Shown here piece after piece: positions 17,138 through 21,923 of a stretch of 21,923 bases of DNA (position 1 is the stretch's first letter; every line of letters begins with the position of its first letter). The notes below the pieces were generated by a model. The model was not told the origin of the DNA. It saw only the letters and a list, made by a program, of their open reading frames with translations, and made no database searches. This DNA is from a virus. Its lineage: Duplodnaviria; Heunggongvirae; Uroviricota; Caudoviricetes. Location of the stretch: positions 1 through 21,923 of IMG/VR virus record IMGVR_UViG_2690316233_000017; one strand, written 5' to 3'. The translations under genes and the position numbers were made by a program.

Positions 17138-18190
17138 TTAGCTGTCGGCGAACTTCAGGCCAGTGACCATCGCGCACTTGCCATAGTCTTCAACGACATA
17201 AGCGTCATTGATGGACTGGTAGGTGGCGATGCGGTTGTATTCCGGTTCGTCTTTCATCAGACGACGCATTGAACCTTTCTGCCAGTAAATCGACAGGTTG
17301 TTGAACGAGGTGATCAGCATCGTTGAATCCGGGAAGAACGGCGCAAGGAACACGCCCAGCCCGCCAATGGTGCGCGATGACAGGATGAGCTGCCCGGCGA
17401 GTAATTCCGCATTGGGATTCTGGCCGCTGATGCTGTTCAGCACGGGCAGACGCAGCGAGTTAAACAGGTTGCGCCCCATAATCACCACGAGGTCGTCAGC
17501 TTCCTTGTGCCATTCATCCAGCAGGGATGAGCGCGCGTCCTGTACCAGTGCATCAGCGTTCGCATACTTACCCGCGTGCGCCACGGTGTTGTCCATGTTA
17601 CGGGAGGTCAGCGTCACGTCATTCATAACGCGTTCGCTGGCGTCGGTTCTGATGTGCTCCAGCCACCCCACGTTAACGTCCTGAAGCAGCTTGTTGGTGC
17701 TGAAGTTGGACTCATCCGCGTGAGACGTGCCGTTGAAACCGATCATGATGCGGTCAAGCGCCACCTGTCGGGCAATCTGTGCGCTGATGCGGGACTGAAA
17801 ATCAGGGTGTGCCGCCCAGGCATCAAGCTGCGGATACGAAATAAACGTGTCGTAGTTCACCTGTTCGCACTGGTATTTGCGGTTTTTCAGATCAACCACG
17901 TTATTCGGGTTACGGCGTTTTGTTCCGTCATAACTGGTATTCGTGCGCGCAATCGGTCCTGTGGTATCCAGGAGGATTTTTTCGCCTTTCTGGTCGGTCA
18001 CGCCGATCACGTTAATTCTTTTTGTAAATTCGGTGCTTTCCTTTGAGGCGTTTTCAAAACGCTGCTGCACCGAGGGTTCTACGGTAAATCTCGATACCAG
18101 TGCAGAAACCGGGATATTGTTAAGCGACGCCTGCTGCGCCATATAGCAACCCAGCTTGTTGCGGGTAATATCTGACATCACCAGATTCAT
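17138..18190 (-). CDS. N: Major capsid protein N
   Basis: 350-aa ORF with recognisable similarity to P2 gpN (...KFTVEPSV..., ...NLSIY...DYVVEDY...). AAGGAG RBS 9 nt upstream of ATG 18190. Confidence 0.9.
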   Translation of the reverse strand: MNLVMSDITRNKLGCYMAQQASLNNIPVSALVSRFTVEPSVQQRFENASKESTEFTKRINVIGVTDQKGEKILLDTTGPIARTNTSYDGTKRRNPNNVVDLKNRKYQCEQVNYDTFISYPQLDAWAAHPDFQSRISAQIARQVALDRIMIGFNGTSHADESNFSTNKLLQDVNVGWLEHIRTDASERVMNDVTLTSRNMDNTVAHAGKYANADALVQDARSSLLDEWHKEADDLVVIMGRNLFNSLRLPVLNSISGQNPNAELLAGQLILSSRTIGGLGVFLAPFFPDSTMLITSFNNLSIYWQKGSMRRLMKDEPEYNRIATYQSINDAYVVEDYGKCAMVTGLKFADS

Positions 18191-18212
18191 AAAAATTTGC
18201 TCCTTTGTCTTA

Positions 18213-19049
18213 TCAGAAGTCAGCCAGCTGGTCGGAGGCTGTGCCCGTTGCAGTGAACCGGTTCTGCGGATCGCCGTCCTGCGTGCGCAGTTTTTCCTTC
18301 AGTGCTGTCAGCTCTGTGGTCAGTGACGTAATTTTCTGGCGGTCCTGCTGATGGCGGGTTTCCAGCACATTAAAACGGTCGATAATGTCGGCCTGTGACG
18401 TTGCGACGCCTTCCACCGCTTCCTGAATACGGGAAAAACTGGCGTCATCCGCTTTGCGGCCACGGCCAATAATCCCCATTACGCGGTTAAACCACTGGGT
18501 GCCTTCTTCCTGGCGTTGTTCTGCCATTTCGATGATTTCAGACTCGATGGCTTCGGAGATAAGCGGCGCTTCACCCTGGACACTGTTGAACGTCATTACC
18601 GCCTGACGTTGCTGTGCCGTGAATTTCAGGCGCTCAGTGCCCAGGCTTGCCGGGGTGTCGGTCATCGCCAGCCCGACCAGATAGGCGCGCCCGTTAACGG
18701 AGAACTGCGGGTGCAGTTCGATACTGGAATAGATTTTCTTGCCGTCCGCGACAAGCTGCTTCATGCGCTCGGTCGGTTCGATTTCTGCATACAGCGCAGT
18801 ACGTCCGGCCAGCGGACCTTCCGTAATGTCTTTCGTACTCAGTGCGGTGACATCGCCCATTGCGGAAAATTCGCTTGACGGGCATGGCGAGAGATAGTGC
18901 TCAACGTTCACGCGGGCAGCGTAAACATCCGGGTTGAAGTTCTCGGCGGCTTCACGCAGATGCACCGGACTGATTTCACGGCCATCAACAGTTGATCCGG
19001 AGACAGCCACGCGAAACTTTTTGCGGGATGTCTTTTTTTCATTAGCCAT
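18213..19049 (-). CDS. O: Capsid scaffolding protein O
   Basis: gpO-like ORF upstream of N. Start set at ATG 19049 (MANEKK...) with GAGGGG RBS. Confidence 0.85.
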   Translation of the reverse strand: MANEKKTSRKKFRVAVSGSTVDGREISPVHLREAAENFNPDVYAARVNVEHYLSPCPSSEFSAMGDVTALSTKDITEGPLAGRTALYAEIEPTERMKQLVADGKKIYSSIELHPQFSVNGRAYLVGLAMTDTPASLGTERLKFTAQQRQAVMTFNSVQGEAPLISEAIESEIIEMAEQRQEEGTQWFNRVMGIIGRGRKADDASFSRIQEAVEGVATSQADIIDRFNVLETRHQQDRQKITSLTTELTALKEKLRTQDGDPQNRFTATGTASDQLADF

Positions 19050-19118
19050 AGTTTTTGCCCCTCTGACTGGTTCTTCAGTCATGATGGCAAAGCGTAACAG
19101 GCTGATACAAAGGGCTTT

Positions 19119-19139
19119 TGTTGTAAGAAAACGGCCAGA
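19119..19139. promoter_or_regulatory. Candidate Ogr-dependent late promoter element in the divergent O/P intergenic region
   Basis: TTTTGTTGT-N12-AGAACA lies about 75 bp upstream of the P ATG and closely resembles the motif upstream of FI (1802..1822). Confidence 0.35.
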
Positions 19140-19203
19140 ACAGGGGGTTAAGGAGAACAGTTTCGCGCGCGGGTAATCTTCCTGTAATTACTCAGGGGGA
19201 GCA

Positions 19204-20955
19204 ATGATTCAGGACGCTTTTGTGCGCCAGCGTGCGCGGCAACTTTACTGGCAGGGTTATCCACCCGCAGAAATATCACGTCTGATGGGAATAAACCCGA
19301 ACACGATTTATGCGTGGAAAAAACGCGACCAGTGGGATGAAACGCCACCCGTGCAGCGTGTCACGCAGTCCATCGATGCGCGCCTCATCCAGCTTACTGA
19401 AAAACAGAATAAAACAGGCGGTGACTTCAAGGAAATAGACCTGCTGACCCGGCAGCTTAAAAAACTGCATGATGGCCAGCCGGATGCGACGGCCACAGGA
19501 AAGAAAGGCCGGGCGAAAAAACTCAAAAATCATTTCACGCCGGAACAGATTGCCGCACTGCGGGAAAAAATCATCAGCAGGCTGGAGTGGCATCAGCGGG
19601 GCTGGTTTGACTCCCTGACCCTTTGCAGGGAAGCCGGGATACGTAACAGGATGATCCTGAAATCCCGACAGATTGGGGCGACCTGGTATTTTGCACAGGA
19701 AGCACTGCTGATGGCGCTGCGTGACGATGTGGCGCAACCTTACCAGCGTAACCAGATTTTTTTATCTGCGTCGCGTCGTCAGGCGTTCCAGTTTAAAAGC
19801 ATTATTCAGAAGGCCGCGGCTGAAGTTGATGTGGAGCTGAAAGGGGGCGATAAAATCATCCTCTCCAACGGCGCAGAGCTGCATTTTCTCGGTACTTCTG
19901 CTGCGACGGCACAGTCCTACACAGGCAATTTTTATTTTGATGAATTTTTCTGGGTCAGTCGCTTTGCTGAACTGCGCAAGGTGGCTGGCGCTATGGCAAC
20001 CCTCAGCGGACTGCGGCGCACCTACTTCTCCACGCCATCCACCGAAACGCACGAGGCATACGCCTACTGGAACGGCGACCGCTGGAACGAGAAAAAGGCC
20101 ACGCATAAACGCCAGCGTTTTTCTGTGGACTGGAAAACGCTGCATAACGGGCTTATCTGCCCTGACCGGACGTGGCGGCAAATTGTCACGCTGGAAGATG
20201 TGGTCAATCACGGCTGGAAACACACCGATATCGACGAAATTCGTGATGAAAACACCGAAGACGAGTTCCGCAATCTCTATATGTGTGAGTTTGTCCGCGA
20301 AGGGGAATCGGCATTTAACCTGAATATCCTGATTGGCTGCGGTGTTGATGGGGACGACGACTGGAAAGACTGGAAACCTTTTGCTCCCCGCCCGATGGGG
20401 AATCGTCCGGTATGGATTGGGTATGACGCAAACGGCAGCAGTGGCAACGGCGACAGCGGCGCTGTGTCCGTGGTGGTTCCTCCGGCTGTTCCTGGTGGCC
20501 GTTTTCGAACGGTGGAGACGCGACGCGTTCAGGGGCTGGAGTTTGAAGAACAGGCCAGAGTCATTGAAGAGTTCACGTATCGCTACAACGTGGAACACAT
20601 CGGCATTGATGTGACGGGCGGGAACGGGGAGGCTGTTTATCAGATAGTGAAACGGTTTTTCCCTGCTGCTATTCCGTACACCTTCACGCTGTCATCAAAA
20701 CGGTCGCTGGTACTGAAAATGCTGCAAATAATGCGTGCCGGGCGGTGGGAATACGATCGCGCCGAACGCGAGCTGGTCGCGGCCTTTAACGCCGTGCGTA
20801 AGGTGAAAACACCGGGCGGCTTTATCACTTACGAAACGGACCGAGCGAGGGGGATCAGCCACGGCGACCTTGCGTGGGCAACCATGCTTGCTGTCATTAA
20901 CGAACCGATTGGCGGCGAAGGAGAAAACGAGCGTTTCACGGTTATGGAGTTCTGA
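19204..20955 (+). CDS. P: Terminase large (ATPase) subunit P
   Basis: 583-aa ORF divergent from O, as in P2 (P about 590 aa). Terminase-like sequence throughout. Confidence 0.9.
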   Translation: MIQDAFVRQRARQLYWQGYPPAEISRLMGINPNTIYAWKKRDQWDETPPVQRVTQSIDARLIQLTEKQNKTGGDFKEIDLLTRQLKKLHDGQPDATATGKKGRAKKLKNHFTPEQIAALREKIISRLEWHQRGWFDSLTLCREAGIRNRMILKSRQIGATWYFAQEALLMALRDDVAQPYQRNQIFLSASRRQAFQFKSIIQKAAAEVDVELKGGDKIILSNGAELHFLGTSAATAQSYTGNFYFDEFFWVSRFAELRKVAGAMATLSGLRRTYFSTPSTETHEAYAYWNGDRWNEKKATHKRQRFSVDWKTLHNGLICPDRTWRQIVTLEDVVNHGWKHTDIDEIRDENTEDEFRNLYMCEFVREGESAFNLNILIGCGVDGDDDWKDWKPFAPRPMGNRPVWIGYDANGSSGNGDSGAVSVVVPPAVPGGRFRTVETRRVQGLEFEEQARVIEEFTYRYNVEHIGIDVTGGNGEAVYQIVKRFFPAAIPYTFTLSSKRSLVLKMLQIMRAGRWEYDRAERELVAAFNAVRKVKTPGGFITYETDRARGISHGDLAWATMLAVINEPIGGEGENERFTVMEF

Positions 20956-21823
20956 TGAGCAGAAAAAATAAAAAAGTGCGCATGAGTTCACGCATTGATC
21001 TCGCTGATGCGCTCAGGAAAGAATCGTCGCTCAGTGCATTCACTTTTGATGGTCCTTATCGCCTGACCGGGCATGATTTGCTGGACAATATGTACTGTGC
21101 TGATAACGGGCGGTGGTATGAAACCCCGGTGGACTGGTACGGTCTGGCAAGAGCTGCCCGGCAAACGTCCTGGCATCAGTCTGCGCTTTACTTTAAGCGC
21201 AATGTATTGCTCGGTTGCTACATCCCGCACCCGCTGCTTTCCCGGCAGGATTTCTCGGCGCTGGCGCTGGACTGGTTTGTGTTCGGTAACGCATTCCTTG
21301 AGCTTCGGAGCAATATGCTCGGCGAACCACTTAAATTACGGCACGCACTGGCGAAATACATGCGACGCGGAAGCGATCTTGAATCATGGTGGTATGTGCA
21401 GGATGGCAAGGACGCGTTTCAGTTTCGCCCTGGCAAAGTGTGCCACCTGATGAATCCGGACATTAACCAGGAAATTTACGGCATGCCGGAATATCTTGGC
21501 GCATTACTCTCGGCCAGCCTGTCTCATTCGGCGGACATGTTCAGAAAACTGTATTACGACAATGGATCCCACGCCGGGTGCATCATCTACATCGGTGCAG
21601 CGCAGGTAAACCGCGAAAGCATGGACTCCCTGAAAGAAACGTTACAGGGTGCGCGTGGTGGTGGCGCGTTTAAAAACGTGCTCATCCATGCGCCCAACGG
21701 GGGCAAAGAGGGGGTGCAAATTTTGCCGTTCCAGCAGATCACCGCAAAGGATGAGTTCATGAATGTTAAGGCGGCATCCCGTGATGATGTGCTGGCTGCG
21801 CACCGCGTTCCGCCGCAACTGAT
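20955..21823 (+). CDS. Q: Portal protein Q, 3'-truncated by an insertion at 21824
   Basis: Open frame starting at an ATG that overlaps the P stop (TGATG), with portal-like sequence. Absent from the ORF track because there is no in-frame stop before the window ends. From 21824 the reading frame runs into Tn5-end-like sequence, about 290 codons in, against roughly 344 aa that I recall for P2 Q. Confidence 0.75.
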
Positions 21824-21923
21824 CTGTCTCTTATACACAAATCCCCACCCGGGGATTTGTGATGTCTGTCAGTCTGCTTTAGGGGGACTCTTTCCATCCG
21901 GTAGTTTCCTTCCTCCCCGGCAG
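21824..21923. mobile_element. Terminal inverted repeat of an IS50/Tn5-like (IS4-family) element; element continues beyond the window
   Basis: CTGTCTCTTATACACAAAT at 21824..21842 matches 17 of 19 positions of both the Tn5 outside end (CTGACTCTTATACACAAGT) and the mosaic end (CTGTCTCTTATACACATCT). It is followed by an 8-bp-stem hairpin (AAATCCCC-ACCC-GGGGATTT) and sequence unrelated to the portal gene. Confidence 0.45.

Noticed and set aside
19762-20598. 278-aa minus-strand ORF inside terminase P
   Set aside because: Antisense to the large terminase gene and composition-driven; the plus-strand frame carries the terminase-like sequence.
21587-21838. 83-aa minus-strand ORF beginning 'MYKRQ'
   Set aside because: It starts on GTG inside the Tn5-like inverted repeat and runs antisense to the portal gene. 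It is the expected translation artefact of a Tn5-type end, not a gene.
21824-21842. Possible Nextera/Tn5 mosaic-end adapter contamination
   Set aside because: The 19-mer differs from the mosaic end at positions 17 and 18, and the following sequence does not match the Illumina adapter continuations I know. A genuine IS4-family end or an engineered mini-Tn5 is more likely, though this cannot be excluded without the reads.

Overview
This window is almost entirely the late (structural and lysis) region of a P2-like (Peduovirus-type) prophage, read in inverted orientation relative to the usual P2 map. All gene calls are by remembered similarity of the translated ORFs to P2 proteins plus RBS and start-codon inspection; no database search was run. 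Right to left on the minus strand run the capsid/packaging genes O-N-M-L, then X, a lysis cassette, and the tail/baseplate genes R-S-V-W-J-I-H-G; terminase P and portal Q are divergent on the plus strand at the right edge. Five things stand out. (1) The FI-FII-E/E'-T-U tail block (1902..7477) is on the plus strand, inverted in place relative to canonical P2 order, leaving D and FI divergent. (2) An AT-rich cargo gene for a hexapeptide-repeat acetyltransferase sits where P2 carries its Z/fun hotspot and overlaps the 3' end of G convergently. (3) A hok/mok type I toxin locus, HokA-like, lies directly beyond ogr at the left edge. (4) The portal gene is interrupted at 21824 by a 19-bp sequence matching the Tn5/IS50 end at 17 of 19 positions. 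(5) The lysis cassette is mosaic: an M15-peptidase-type endolysin with overlapped spanins and no lysA equivalent. No tRNA, rRNA or CRISPR array was seen.
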